Source of the DNA: Nemertoderma westbladi
Lineage: Eukaryota > Animalia > Xenacoelomorpha
NCBI GenBank assembly: GCA_032718475.1
Contig: JAUCBJ010006506.1
Span: 52,953 to 116,952 of the forward strand
Length of the DNA: 64,000 nucleotides
Reading direction: 5' to 3'
Below the pieces are notes generated by a model. The model searched no databases. It saw only the letters and a program-made list of their open reading frames with translations, and was not told the DNA's origin. The first letter of the stretch is position 1. Each line of letters starts with the position of its first letter. Both the position numbers and the translations under genes were made by a program. Positions 15,001 through 30,000 of this stretch are shown one piece after another.

Positions 15001-18000
15001 AGGTCAAACAATAGTTCGTATTAACATAAAAAATAAATAGGTACCAATGGATAGAGAGGTCAAACAATAGTTCGTATTAACATAAAAAATAAATAGGTAC
15101 CAATGGATAGATAGAGGTCAAACAATAGTTCGTATTAACATAAAAAATAAATAGGTACCAATGGATAGAGAGGTCAAACAATAGTTCGTATTAACATAAA
15201 AAATAAATAGGTACCAATGGATAGAGAGATCAAACAATAGTTCGCATTAACATAAAAAATAAATAGGTACCAATGGATAGAGAGGTCAAACAATAGTTCG
15301 CATTAACATAAAAAATAAATAGGTACCAATGGATAGAGAGGTCAAACAATAGTTCGCATTAACCTAAAAAATAAATAGGTACCAATGGATAGAGAGGTCA
15401 AACAATAGTTCGCATTAACATAAAAAATAAATAGGTACCAATGGATAGAGAGAGGTCAAACAATAGTTCGTATTAACATAAAAAATAAATAGGTACCAAT
15501 GGATAGAGAGAGGTCAAACAATAGTTCGTATTAACATAAAAAATAAATAGGTACCAATGGATAGAGAGAGGTCAAACAATAGTTCGTATTAACATAAAAA
15601 ATAAATAGGTACCAATTGATAGAGAGGTCAAACAATAGTTCGTATTAACATAAAAAATAAATAGGTACCAATGGATAGAGAGATCAAACAATAAATAGGT
15701 ACCAATGGATAGAGAGATCAAACAATAGTTCGCATTAACATAAAAAATAAATAGGTACCAATGGATAGAGAGAGGTCAAACAATAGTTCGTATTAACATA
15801 AAAAATAAATAGGTACCAATGGATAGAGAGATCAAACAATAAATAGGTACCAATGGATAGAGAGATCAAACAATAGTTCGTATTAACATAAAAAATAAAT
15901 AGGTACCAATGGATAGAGAGAGGTCAAACAATAGTTCGCATTAACATAAAAAATAAATAGGTACCAATGGATAGAGAGAGGTCAAACAATAGTTCGTATT
16001 AACATAAAAAATAAATAGGTACCAATGGATAGAGAGAGGTCAAACAATAGTTCGTATTAACATAAAAAATAAATAGGTACCAATGGATAGAGAGAGGTCA
16101 AACAATAGTTCGTATTAACATAAAAAATAAATAGGTACCAATGGATAGAGAGGTCAAACAATAGTTCGTATTAACATAAAAAATAAATAGGTACCAATGG
16201 ATAGAGAGAGGTCAAACAATAGTTCGCATTAACATAAAAAATAAATAGGTACCAATGGATAGAGAGAGGTCAAACAATAGTTCGTATTAACATAAAAAAT
16301 AAATAGGTACCAATGGATAGAGAGAGGTCAAACAATAGTTCGTATTAACATAAAAAATAAATAGGTACCAATGGATAGAGAGATCAAACAATAGTTCGCA
16401 TTAACATAAAAAATAAATAGGTACCAATGGATAGAGAGAGGTCAAACAATAGTTCGTATTAACATAAAAAATAAATAGGTACCAATGGATAGAGAGAGGT
16501 CAAACAATAGTTCGTATTAACATAAAAAATAAATAGGTACCAATGGATAGAGAGAGGTCAAACAATAGTTCGTATTAACATAAAAAATAAATAGGTACCA
16601 ATGGATAGAGAGAGGTCAAACAATAAATAGGTACCAATGGATAGAGAGATCAAACAATAGTTCGTATTAACATAAAAAATAAATAGGTACCAATGGATAG
16701 AGAGAGGTCAAACAATAGTTCGTATTAACATAAAAAATAAATAGGTACCAATGGATAGAGAGAGGTCAAACAATAGTTCGTATTAACATAAAAAATAAAT
16801 AGGTACCAATGGATAGAGAGAGGTCAAACAATAGTTCGCATTAACATAAAAAATAAATAGGTACCAATGGATAGAGAGGTCAAACAATAGTTCGCATTAA
16901 CCTAAAAAATAAATAGGTACCAATGGATAGAGAGAGGTCAAACAATAGTTCGCATTAACATAAAAAATAAATAGGTACCAATGGATAGAGAGATCAAACA
17001 ATAGTTCGTATTAACATAAAAAATAAATAGGTACCAATGGATAGAGAGATCAAACAATAGTTCGCATTAACATAAAAAATAAATAGGTACCAATGGATAG
17101 AGAGAGGTCAAACAATAGTTCGCATTAACATAAAAAATAAATAGGTACCAATGGATAGAGAGAGGTCAAACAATAGTTCGTATTAACCTAAAAAATAAAT
17201 AGGTACCAATGGATAGAGAGAGGTCAAACAATAGTTCGCATTAACCTAAAAAATAAATAGGTACCAATGGATAGAGAGAGGTCAAACAATAGTTCGTATT
17301 AACATAAAAAATAAATAGGTACCAATGGATAGAGAGAGGTCAAACAATAGTTCGTATTAACATAAAAAATAAATAGGTACCAATGGATAGAGAGAGGTCA
17401 AACAATAGTTCGTATTAACATAAAAAATAAATAGGTACCAATGGATAGAGAGAGGTCAAACAATAGTTCGCATTAACATAAAAAATAAATAGGTACCAAT
17501 GGATAGAGAGATCAAAAATAAATAGGTACCAATGGATAGAGAGAGGTCAAACAATAGTTCGCATTAACATAAAAAATAAATAGGTACCAATGGATAGAGA
17601 GATCAAACAATAGTTCGTATTAACATAAAAAATAAATAGGTACCAATGGATAGAGAGATCAAACAATAGTTCGTATTAACATAAAAAATAAATAGGTACC
17701 AATGGATAGAGAGAGGTCAAACAATAGTTCGCATTAACATAAAAAATAAATAGGTACCAATGGATAGAGAGATCAAACAATAGTTCGTATTAACATAAAA
17801 AATAAATAGGTACCAATGGATAGAGAGAGGTCAAACAATAGTTCGTATTAACATAAAAAATAAATAGGTACCAATGGATAGAGAGATCAAACAATAGTTC
17901 GTATTAACATAAAAAATAAATAGGTACCAATGGATAGAGAGAGGTCGAACAATAGTTCGTATTAACATAAAAAATAAATAGGTACCAATGGATAGAGAGA

Positions 18001-21000
18001 GGTCAAACAATAGTTCGCATTAACATAAAAAATAAATAGGTACCAATGGATAGAGAGAGGTCAAACAATAGTTCGCATTAACATAAAAAATAAATAGGTA
18101 CCAATGGATAGAGAGGTCAAACAATAGTTCGCATTAACATAAAAAATAAATAGGTACCAATGGATAGAGAGAGGTCAAACAATAGTTCGTATTAACATAA
18201 AAAATAAATAGGTACCAATGGATAGAGAGAGGTCAAACAATAGTTCGTATTAACATAAAAAATAAATAGGTACCAATGGATAGAGAGGTCAAACAATAGT
18301 TCGCATTAACATAAAAAATAAATAGGTACCAATGGATAGAGAGAGGTCAAACAATAGTTCGTATTAACATAAAAAATAAATAGGTACCAATGGATAGAGA
18401 GAGGTCAAACAATAGTTCGCATTAACATAAAAAATAAATAGGTACCAATGGATAGAGAGAGGTCAAACAATAGTTCGCATTAACATAAAAAATAAATAGG
18501 TACCAATGGATAGAGAGAGGTCAAACAATAGTTCGTATTAACATAAAAAATAAATAGGTACCAATGGATAGAGAGGTCAAACAATAGTTCGCATTAACAT
18601 AAAAAATAAATAGGTACCAATGGATAGAGAGAGGTCAAACAATAGTTCGCATTAACATAAAAAATAAATAGGTACCAATGGATAGAGAGAGGTCAAACAA
18701 TAGTTCGCATTAACATAAAAAATAAATAGGTACCAATGGATAGAGAGATCAAAAAATAAATAGGTACCAATGGATAGAGAGATCAAACAATAGTTCGTAT
18801 TAACCTAAAAAATAAATAGGTACCAATGGATAGAGAGGTCAAACAATAGTTCGCATTAACATAAAAAATAAATAGGTACCAATGGATAGAGAGATCAAAA
18901 AATAAATAGGTACCAATGGATAGAGAGAGGTCAAACAATAGTTCGTATTAACATAAAAAATAAATAGGTACCAATGGATAGAGAGGTCAAACAATAGTTC
19001 GTATTAACATAAAAAATAAATAGGTACCAATGGATAGAGAGAGGTCAAACAATAGTTCGTATTAACATAAAAAATAAATAGGTACCAATGGATAGAGAGA
19101 GGTCAAACAATAGTTCGCATTAACATAAAAAATAAATAGGTACCAATGGATAGAGAGAGGTCAAACAATAGTTCGCATTAACATAAAAAATAAATAGGTA
19201 CCAATGGATAGAGAGAGGTCAAACAATAGTTCGTATTAACATAAAAAACAAATAGGTACCAATGGATAGAGAGATCAAACAATAGTTCGTATTAACATAA
19301 AAAATAAATTGGTACCAATGGATAGAGAGAGGTCAAACAATAGTTCGCATTAACATAAAAAATAAATAGGTAACAATGGATAGAGAGAGGTCAAACAATA
19401 GTTCGTATTAACATAAAAAATAAATAGGTACCAATGGATAGAGAGAGGTCAAACAATAGTTCGCATTAACATAAAAAATAAATAGGTACCAATGGATAGA
19501 GAGAGGTCAAACAATAGTTCGTATTAACATAAAAAATAAATAGGTACCAATGGATAGAGAGAGGTCAAACAATAGTTCGCCTTAACATAAAAAATAAATA
19601 GGTACCAATGGATAGAGAGATCAAAAAATAAATAGGTACCAATGGATAGAGAGAGGTCAAACAATAGTTCGCATTAACATAAAAAATAAATAGGTACCAA
19701 TGGATAGAGAGAGGTCAAACAATAGTTCGCATTAACATAAAAAATAAATAGGTACCAATGGATAGAGAGAGGTCAAACAATAGTTCGTATTAACATAAAA
19801 AATAAATAGGTACCAATGGATAGAGAGAGGTCAAACAATAGTTCGTATTAACATAAAAAATAAATAGGTACCAATGGATAGAGAGATCAAACAATAGTTC
19901 GCATTAACATAAAAAATAAATAGGTACCAATGGATAGAGAGATCAAAAAATAAATAGGTACCAATGGATAGAGAGGTCAAACAATAGTTCGCATTAACAT
20001 AAAAAATAAATAGGTACCAATGGATAGAGAGGTCAAACAATAGTTCGCATTAACATAAAAAATAAATAGGTACCAATGGATAGAGAGAGGTCAAACAATA
20101 GTTCGCATTAACATAAAAAATAAATAGGTACCAATGGATAGAGAGAGGTCAAACAATAGTTCGTATTAACATAAAAAATAAATAGGTACCAATGGATAGA
20201 GAGAGGTCAAACAATAGTTCGCATTAACATAAAAAATAAATAGGTACCAATGGATAGAGAGAGGTCAAACAATAGTTCGTATTAACATAAAAAATAAATA
20301 GGTACCAATGGATAGAGAGAGGTCAAACAATAGTTCGTATTAACATAAAAAATAAATAGGTACCAATTGATAGAGAGAGGTCAAACAATAGTTCGTATTA
20401 ACATAAAAAATAAATAGGTACCAATGGATAGAGAGAGGTCAAACAATAGTTCGCATTAACATAAAAAATAAATAGGTACCAATGGATAGAGAGAGGTCAA
20501 ACAATAGTTCGTATTAACCTAAAAAATAAATAGGTACCAATGGATAGAGAGATCAAACAATAAATAGGTACCAATGGATAGAGAGATCAAACAATAGTTC
20601 GCATTAACCTAAAAAATAAATAGGTACCAATGGATAGAGAGAGGTCAAACAATAGTTCGCATTAACCTAAAAAATAAATAGGTACCAATGGATAGAGAGA
20701 GGTCAAACAATAGTTCGCATTAACATAAAAAATAAATAGGTACCAATGGATAGAGAGAGGTCAAACAATAGTTCGTATTAACATAAAAAATAAATAGGTA
20801 CCAATTGATAGAGAGAGGTCAAACAATAGTTCGTATTAACATAAAAAATAAATAGGTACCAATGGATAGAGAGAGGTCAAACAATAGTTCGTATTAACAT
20901 AAAAAATAAATAGGTACCAATTGATAGAGAGAGGTCAAACAATAGTTCGTATTAACATAAAAAATAAATAGGTACCAATGGATAGAGAGAGGTCAAACAA

Positions 21001-24000
21001 TAGTTCGCATTAACATAAAAAATAAATAGGTACCAATGGATAGAGAGAGGTCAAACAATAAATAGGTACCAATGGATAGAGAGATCAAACAATAGTTCGC
21101 ATTAACATAAAAAATAAATAGGTACCAATGGATAGAGAGAGGTCAAACAATAGTTCGTATTAACATAAAAAATAAATAGGTACCAATGGATAGAGAGAGG
21201 TCAAACAATAGTTCGCATTAACATAAAAAATAAATAGGTACCAATGGATAGAGAGAGGTCAAACAATAGTTCGCATTAACATAAAAAATAAATAGGTACC
21301 AATGGATAGAGAGATCAAAAAATAAATAGGTACCAATGGATAGAGAGAGGTCAAAAAATAGTTCGTATTAACATAAAAAATAAATAGGTACCAATGGATA
21401 GAGAGAGGTCAAACAATAGTTCGCATTAACCTAAAAAATAAATAGGTACCAATGGATAGAGAGAGGTCAAACAATAGTTCGCATTAACATAAAAAATAAA
21501 TAGGTACCAATGGATAGAGAGAGGTCAAACAATAGTTCGCATTAACCTAAAAAATAAATAGGTACCAATGGATAGAGAGAGGTCAAACAATAGTTCGCAT
21601 TAACATAAAAAATAAATAGGTACCAATGGATAGAGAGATCAAACAATAAATAGGTACCAATGGATAGAGAGAGATCAAACAATAGTTCGCATTAACCTAA
21701 AAAATAAATAGGTACCAATGGATAGAGAGGTCAAACAATAGTTCGTATTAACCTAAAAAATAAATAGGTACCAATGGATAGAGAGAGGTCAAACAATAGT
21801 TCGCATTAACATAAAAAATAAATAGCTACCAATGGATAGAGAGATCAAAAAATAAATAGGTACCAATGGATAGAGAGAGGTCAAACAATAGTTCGCATTA
21901 ACCTAAAAAATAAATAGGTACCAATGGATAGAGAGGTCAAACAATAGTTCGCATTAACCTAAAAAATAAATAGGTACCAATGGATAGAGAGGTCAAACAA
22001 TAGTTCGCATTAACATAAAAAATAAATAGGTACCAATGGATAGAGAGAGGTCAAACAATAGTTCGCATTAACCTAAAAAATAAATAGGTACCAATGGATA
22101 GAGAGAGGTCAAACAATAGTTCGCATTAACCTAAAAAATAAATAGGTACCAATGGATAGAGAGATCAAAAAATAAATAGGTACCAATGGATAGAGAGATC
22201 AAACAATAGTTCGTATTAACCTAAAAAATAAATAGGTACCAATGGATAGAGAGAGGTCAAACAATAGTTCGCATTAACCTAAAAAATAAATAGGTACCAA
22301 TGGATAGAGAGAGGTCAAACAATAGTTCGCATTAACCTAAAAAATAAATAGGTACCAATGGATAGAGAGAGGTCAAACAATAGTTCGTATTAACATAAAA
22401 AATAAATAGGTACCAATGGATAGAGAGAGGTCAAACAATAGTTCGCATTAACATAAAAAATAAATAGGTACCAATGGATAGAGAGATCAAAAAATAAATA
22501 GGTACCAATGGATAGAGAGAGGTCAAACAATAGTTCGCATTAACATAAAAAATAAATAGGTACCAATGGATAGAGAGAGGTCAAACAATAGTTCGTATTA
22601 ACATAAAAAATAAATAGGTACCAATGGATAGAGAGATCAAACAATAGTTCGCATTAACATAAAAAATAAATAGGTACCAATGGATAGAGAGGGGTCAAAC
22701 AATAGTTCGCATTAACATAAAAAATAAATAGGTACCAATGGATAGAGAGAGGTCAAACAATAGTTCGTATTAACATAAAAAATAAATAGGTACCAATGGA
22801 TAGAGAGATCAAAAAATAAATAGGTACCAATGGATAGAGAGAGGTCAAACAATAGTTCGTATTAACATAAAAAATAAATAGGTACCAATGGATAGAGAGA
22901 GGTCAAACAATAGTTCGTATTAACATAAAAAATAAATAGGTACCAATGGATAGAGAGAGGTCAAACAATAAATAGGTACCAATGGATAGAGAGAGGTCAA
23001 ACAATAGTTCGTATTAATATAAAAAATAAATAGGTACCAATGGATAGAGAGAGGTCAAACAATAGTTCGTATTAACCTAAAAAATAAATAGGTACCAATG
23101 GATAGAGAGATCAAACAATAGTTCGCATTAACATAAAAAATAAATAGGTACCAATGGATAGAGAGGGGTCAAACAATAGTTCGTATTAACATAAAAAATA
23201 AATAGGTACCAATGGATAGAGAGAGGTCAAACAATAGTTCGTATTAACATAAAAAATAAATAGGTACCAATGGATAGAGAGAGGTCAAACAATAGTTCGT
23301 ATTAACATAAAAAATAAATAGGTACCAATGGATAGAGAGAGGTCAAACAATAGTTCGCATTAACATAAAAAATAAATAGGTACCAATGGATAGAGAGAGG
23401 TCAAACAATAGTTCGTATTAACATAAAAAATAAATAGGTACCAATGGATAGAGAGATCAAAAAATAAATAGGTACCAATGGATAGAGAGGTCAAACAATA
23501 GTTCGCATTAACATAAAAAATAAATAGGTACCAATGGATAGAGAGAGGTCAAACAATAGTTCGTATTAACATAAAAAATAAATAGGTACCAATGGATAGA
23601 GAGATCAAAAAATAAATAGGTACCAATGGATAGAGAGAGGTCAAACAATAGTTCGTATTAACATAAAAAATAAATAGGTACCAATGGATAGAGAGAGGTC
23701 AAACAATAGTTCGTATTAACATAAAAAATAAATAGGTACCAATGGATAGAGAGAGGTCAAACAATAGTTCGTATTAACATAAAAAATAAATAGGTACCAA
23801 TGGATAGAGAGAGGTCAAACAATAGTTCGTATTAACATAAAAAATAAATAGGTACCAATGGATAGAGAGAGGTCAAACAATAGTTCGTATTAACCTAAAA
23901 AATAAATAGGTACCAATGGATAGAGAGAGGTCAAACAATAGTTCGCATTAACATAAAAAATAAATAGGTACCAATGGATAGAGAGAGGTCAAACAATAGT

Positions 24001-27000
24001 TCGTATTAATATAAAAAATAAATAGGTACCAATGGATAGAGAGAGGTCAAACAATAGTTCGCATTAACCTAAAAAATAAATAGGTACCAATGGATAGAGA
24101 GGTCAAACAATAGTTCGTATTAACCTAAAAAATAAATAGGTACCAATGGATAGAGAGATCAAAAAATAAATAGGTACCAATGGATAGAGAGATCAAAAAA
24201 TAAATAGGTACCAATGGATAGAGAGATCAAAAAATAAATAGGTACCAATGGATAGAGAGAGATCAAACAATAGTTCGTATTAACATAAAAAATAAATAGG
24301 TACCAATGGATAGAGAGAGGTCAAACAATAGTTCGTATTAACATAAAAAATAAATAGGTACCAATGGATAGAGAGAGGTCAAACAATAGTTCGTATTAAC
24401 ATAAAAATTAAATAGGTACCAATGGATAGAGAGAGGTCAAACAATAGTTCGTATTAACATAAAAAATAAATAGGTACCAATGGATAGAGAGAGATCAAAC
24501 AATAGTTCGTATTAACATAAAAAATAAATAGGTACCAATGGATAGAGAGAGGTCAAACAATAGTTCGTATTAACATAAAAAATAAATAGGTACCAATGGA
24601 TAGAGAGAGGTCAAACAATAGTTCGTATTAACATAAAAAATAAATAGGTACCAATGGATAGAGAGAGGTCAAACAATAGTTCGTATTAACATAAAAAATA
24701 AATAGGTACCAATGGATAGAGAGAGATCAAACAATAGTTCGTATTAACATAAAAAATAAATAGGTACCAATGGATAGAGAGAGGTCAAACAATAGTTCGC
24801 ATTAACCTAAAAAATAAATAGGTACCAATGGATAGAGAGATCAAAAAATAAATAGGTACCAATGGATAGAGAGAGATCAAACAATAGTTCGTATTAACAT
24901 AAAAAATAAATAGGTACCAATGGATAGAGAGAGGTCAAACAATAGTTCGTATTAACATAAAAAATAAATAGGTACCAATGGATAGAGAGAGGTCAAACAA
25001 TAGTTCGTATTAACATAAAAATTAAATAGGTACCAATGGATAGAGAGAGGTCAAACAATAGTTCGTATTAACATAAAAAATAAATAGGTACCAATGGATA
25101 GAGAGAGATCAAACAATAGTTCGTATTAACATAAAAAATAAATAGGTACCAATGGATAGAGAGAGGTCAAACAATAGTTCGTATTAACATAAAAAATAAA
25201 TAGGTACCAATGGATAGAGAGAGGTCAAACAATAGTTCGTATTAACATAAAAAATAAATAGGTACCAATGGATAGAGAGAGGTCAAACAATAGTTCGTAT
25301 TAACATAAAAAATAAATAGGTACCAATGGATAGAGAGAGATCAAACAATAGTTCGTATTAACATAAAAAATAAATAGGTACCAATGGATAGAGAGAGGTC
25401 AAACAATAGTTCGTATTAACATAAAAAATAAATAGGTACCAATGGATAGAGAGAGGTCAAACAATAGTTCGTATTAACATAAAAAATAAATAGGTACCAA
25501 TGGATAGAGAGAGGTCAAACAATAGTTCGTATTAACATAAAAAATAAATAGGTACCAATGGATAGAGAGAGGTCAAACAATAGTTCGTATTAACATAAAA
25601 AATAAATAGGTACCAATGGATAGAGAGGTCAAACAATAGTTCGTATTAACCTAAAAAATAAATAGGTACCAATGGATAGAGAGAGGTCAAACAATAGTTC
25701 GTATTAACATAAAAAATAAATAGGTACCAATGGATAGAGAGATCAAAAAATAAATAGGTACCAATGGATAGAGAGAGGTCAAACAATAGTTCGCATTAAC
25801 ATAAAAAATAAATAGGTAACAATGGATAGAGAGAGGTCAAACAATAGTTCGTATTAACATAAAAAATAAATAGGTACCAATGGATAGAGAGAGGTCAAAC
25901 AATAGTTCGTATTAACATAAAAAATAAATAGGTACCAATGGATAGAGAGGTCAAACAATAGTTCGCATTAACATAAAAAATAAATAGGTACCAATGGATA
26001 GAGAGAGGTCAAACAATAGTTCGCATTAACATAAAAAATAAATAGGTACCAATGGATAGAAAGAGGTCAAACAATAGTTCGTATTAACATAAAAAATAAA
26101 TAGGTACCAATGGATAGAGAGGTCAAACAATAGTTCGCATTAACCTAAAAAATAAATAGGTACCAATGGATAGAGAGGTCAAACAATAGTTCGCATTAAC
26201 ATAAAAAATAAATAGGTACCAATGGATAGAGAGGTCAAACAATAGTTCGCATTAACCTAAAAAATAAATAGGTACCAATGGATAGAGAGGTCAAACAATA
26301 GTTCGCATTAACATAAAAAATAAATAGGTACCAATGGATAGAGAGGTCAAACAATAGTTCGCATTAACCTAAAAAATAAATAGGTACCAATGGATAGAGA
26401 GGTCAAACAATAGTTCGCATTAACCTAAAAAATAAATAGGTACCAATGGATAGAGAGGTCAAACAATAGTTCGCATTAACATAAAAAATAAATAGGTACC
26501 AATGGATAGAGAGAGGTCAAACAATATTTCGCATTAACCTAAAAAATAAATAGGTACCAATGGATAGAGAGGTCAAACAATAGTTCGCATTAACCTAAAA
26601 AATAAATAGGTACCAATGGATAGAGAGGTCAAACAATAGTTCGCATTAACATAAAAAATAAATAGGTACCAATGGATAGAGAGGTCAAACAATAGTTCGC
26701 ATTAACATAAAAAATAAATAGGTACCAATGGATAGAGAGGTCAAACAATAGTTCGCATTAACCTAAAAAATAAATAGGTACCAATGGATAGAGAGGTCAA
26801 ACAATAGTTCGCATTAACCTAAAAAATAAATAGGTACCAATGGATAGAGAGAGGTCAAACAATAGTTCGTATTAACATAAAAAATAAATAGGTACCAATG
26901 GATAGAGAGAGGTCAAACAATAGTTCGTATTAACATAAAAAATAAATAGGTACCAATGGATAGAGAGAGGTCAAACAATAGTTCGTATTAACATAAAAAA

Positions 27001-30000
27001 TAAATAGGTACCAATGGATAGAGAGAGGTCAAACAATAGTTCGCATTAACATAAAAAATAAATAGGTACCAATGGATAGAGAGAGGTCAAACAATAGTTC
27101 GTATTAACATAAAAAATAAATAGGTACCAATGGATAGAGAGAGGTCAAACAATAGTTCGTATTAACATAAAAAATAAATAGGTACCAATGGATAGAGAGA
27201 GGTCAAACAATAGTTCGTATTAACATAAAAAATAAATAGGTACCAATGGATAGAGAGAGGTCAAACAATAGTTCGCATTAACATAAAAAATAAATAGGTA
27301 CCAATGGATAGAGAGAGGTCAAACAATAGTTCGTATTAACCTAAAAAATAAATAGGTACCAATGGATAGAGAGAGGTCAAACAATAGTTCGTATTAACAT
27401 AAAAAATAAATAGGTACCAATGGATAGAGAGAGGTCAAACAATAGTTCGTATTAACATAAAAAATAAATAGGTACCAATGGATAGAGAGAGGTCAAACAA
27501 TAGTTCGTATTAACATAAAAAATAAATAGGTACCAATGGATAGAGAGATCAAACAATAGTTCGTATTAACATAAAAAATAAATAGGTACCAATGGATAGA
27601 GAGAGGTCAAACAATAGTTCGTATTAACATAAAAAATAAATAGGTACCAATGGATAGAGAGAGGTCAAACAATAGTTCGTATTAACATAAAAAATAAATA
27701 GGTACCAATGGATAGAGAGAGGTCAAACAATAGTTCGCATTAACATAAAAAATAAATAGGTACCAATGGATAGAGAGAGGTCAAACAATAGTTCGTATTA
27801 ACATAAAAAATAAATAGGTACCAATGGATAGAGAGAGGTCAAACAATAGTTCGTATTAACATAAAAAATAAATAGGTACCAATGGATAGAGAGAGGTCAA
27901 ACAATAGTTCGTATTAACATAAAAAATAAATAGGTACCAATGGATAGAGAGAGGTCAAACAATAGTTCGTATTAACATAAAAAATAAATAGGTACCAATG
28001 GATAGAGAGAGGTCAAACAATAGTTCGCATTAACATAAAAAATAAATAGGTACCAATGGATAGAGAGATCAAACAATAAATAGGTACCAATGGATAGAGA
28101 GAGGTCAAACAATAGTTCGTATTAACATAAAAAATAAATAGGTACCAATGGATAGAGAGAGGTCAAACAATAGTTCGTATTAACATAAAAAATAAATAGG
28201 TACCAATGGATAGAGAGAGGTCAAACAATAGTTCGTATTAACATAAAAAATAAATAGGTACCAATGGATAGAGAGAGGTCAAACAATAGTTCGTATTAAC
28301 ATAAAAAATAAATAGGTACCAATGGATAGAGAGAGGTCAAACAATAGTTCGTATTAACATAAAAAATAAATAGGTACCAATGGATAGATAGAGGTCAAAC
28401 AATAGTTCGTATTAACATAAAAAATAAATAGGTACCAATGGATAGAGAGAGGTCAAACAATAGTTCGCATTAACATAAAAAATAAATAGGTACCAATGGA
28501 TAGAGAGATCAAACAATAAATAGGTACCAATGGATAGAGAGGTCAAACAATAGTTCGCATTAACCTAAAAAATAAATAGGTACCAATGGATAGAGAGAGG
28601 TCAAACAATAAATAGGTACCAATGGATAGAGAGAGATCAAACAATAGTTCGCATTAACCTAAAAAATAAATAGGTACCAATGGATAGAGAGGTCAAACAA
28701 TAGTTCGCATTAACATAAAAAATAAATAGGTACCAATGGATAGAGAGGTCAAACAATAGTTCGTATTAACATAAAAAATAAATAGGTACCAATGGATAGA
28801 GAGATCAAACAATAAATAGGTACCAATGGATAGAGAGGTCAAACAATAGTTCGTATTAACATAAAAAATAAATAGGTAACAATGGATAGAGAGATCAAAA
28901 AATAAATAGGTACCAATGGATAGAGAGAGGTCAAACAATAGTTCGCATTAACCTAAAAAATAAATAGGTACCAATGGATAGAGAGAGGTCAAACAATAAA
29001 TAGGTACCAATGGATAGAGAGAGGTCAAACAATAGTTCGCATTAACCTAAAAAATAAATAGGTACCAATGGATAGAGAGATCAAACAATAAATAGGTACC
29101 AATGGATAGAGAGAGGTCAAACAATAGTTCGCATTAACCTAAAAAATAAATAGGTACCAATGGATAGAGAGAGGTCAAACAATAAATAGGTACCAATGGA
29201 TAGAGAGAGGTCAAACAATAGTTCGCATTAACCTAAAAAATAAATAGGTACCAATGGATAGAGAGAGGTCAAACAATAAATAGGTACCAATGGATAGAGA
29301 GAGGTCAAACAATAAATAGGTACCAATGGATAGAGAGGTCAAACAATAAATAGGTACCAATGGATAGAGAGAGGTCAAACAATAGTTCGCATTAACCTAA
29401 AAAATAAATAGGTACCAATGTATAGAGAGAGGTCAAACAATAAATAGGTACCAATGGATAGAGAGAGGTCAAACAATAAATAGGTACCAATGGATAGAGA
29501 GGTCAAACAATAAATAGGTACCAATGGATAGAGAGGTCAAACAATAGTTCGCATTAACCTAAAAAATAAATAGGTACCAATGGATAGAGAGGTCAAACAA
29601 TAAATAGGTACCAATGGATAGAGAGGTCAAACAATAGTTCGCATTAACCTAAAAAATAAATAGGTACCAATGGATAGAGAGGTCAAACAATAGTTCGCAT
29701 TAACATAAAAAATAAATAGGTACCAATGGATAGAGAGGTCAAACAATAGTTCGCATTAACCTAAAAAATAAATAGGTACCAATGGATAGAGAGGTCAAAC
29801 AATAGTTCGCATTAACCTAAAAAATAAATAGGTACCAATGGATAGAGAGGTCAAACAATAGTTCGCATTAACATAAAAAATAAATAGGTACCAATGGATA
29901 GAGAGGTCAAACAATAGTTCGTATTAACATAAAAAATAAATAGGTACCAATGGATAGAGAGAGGTCAAACAATAGTTCGTATTAACATAAAAAATAAATA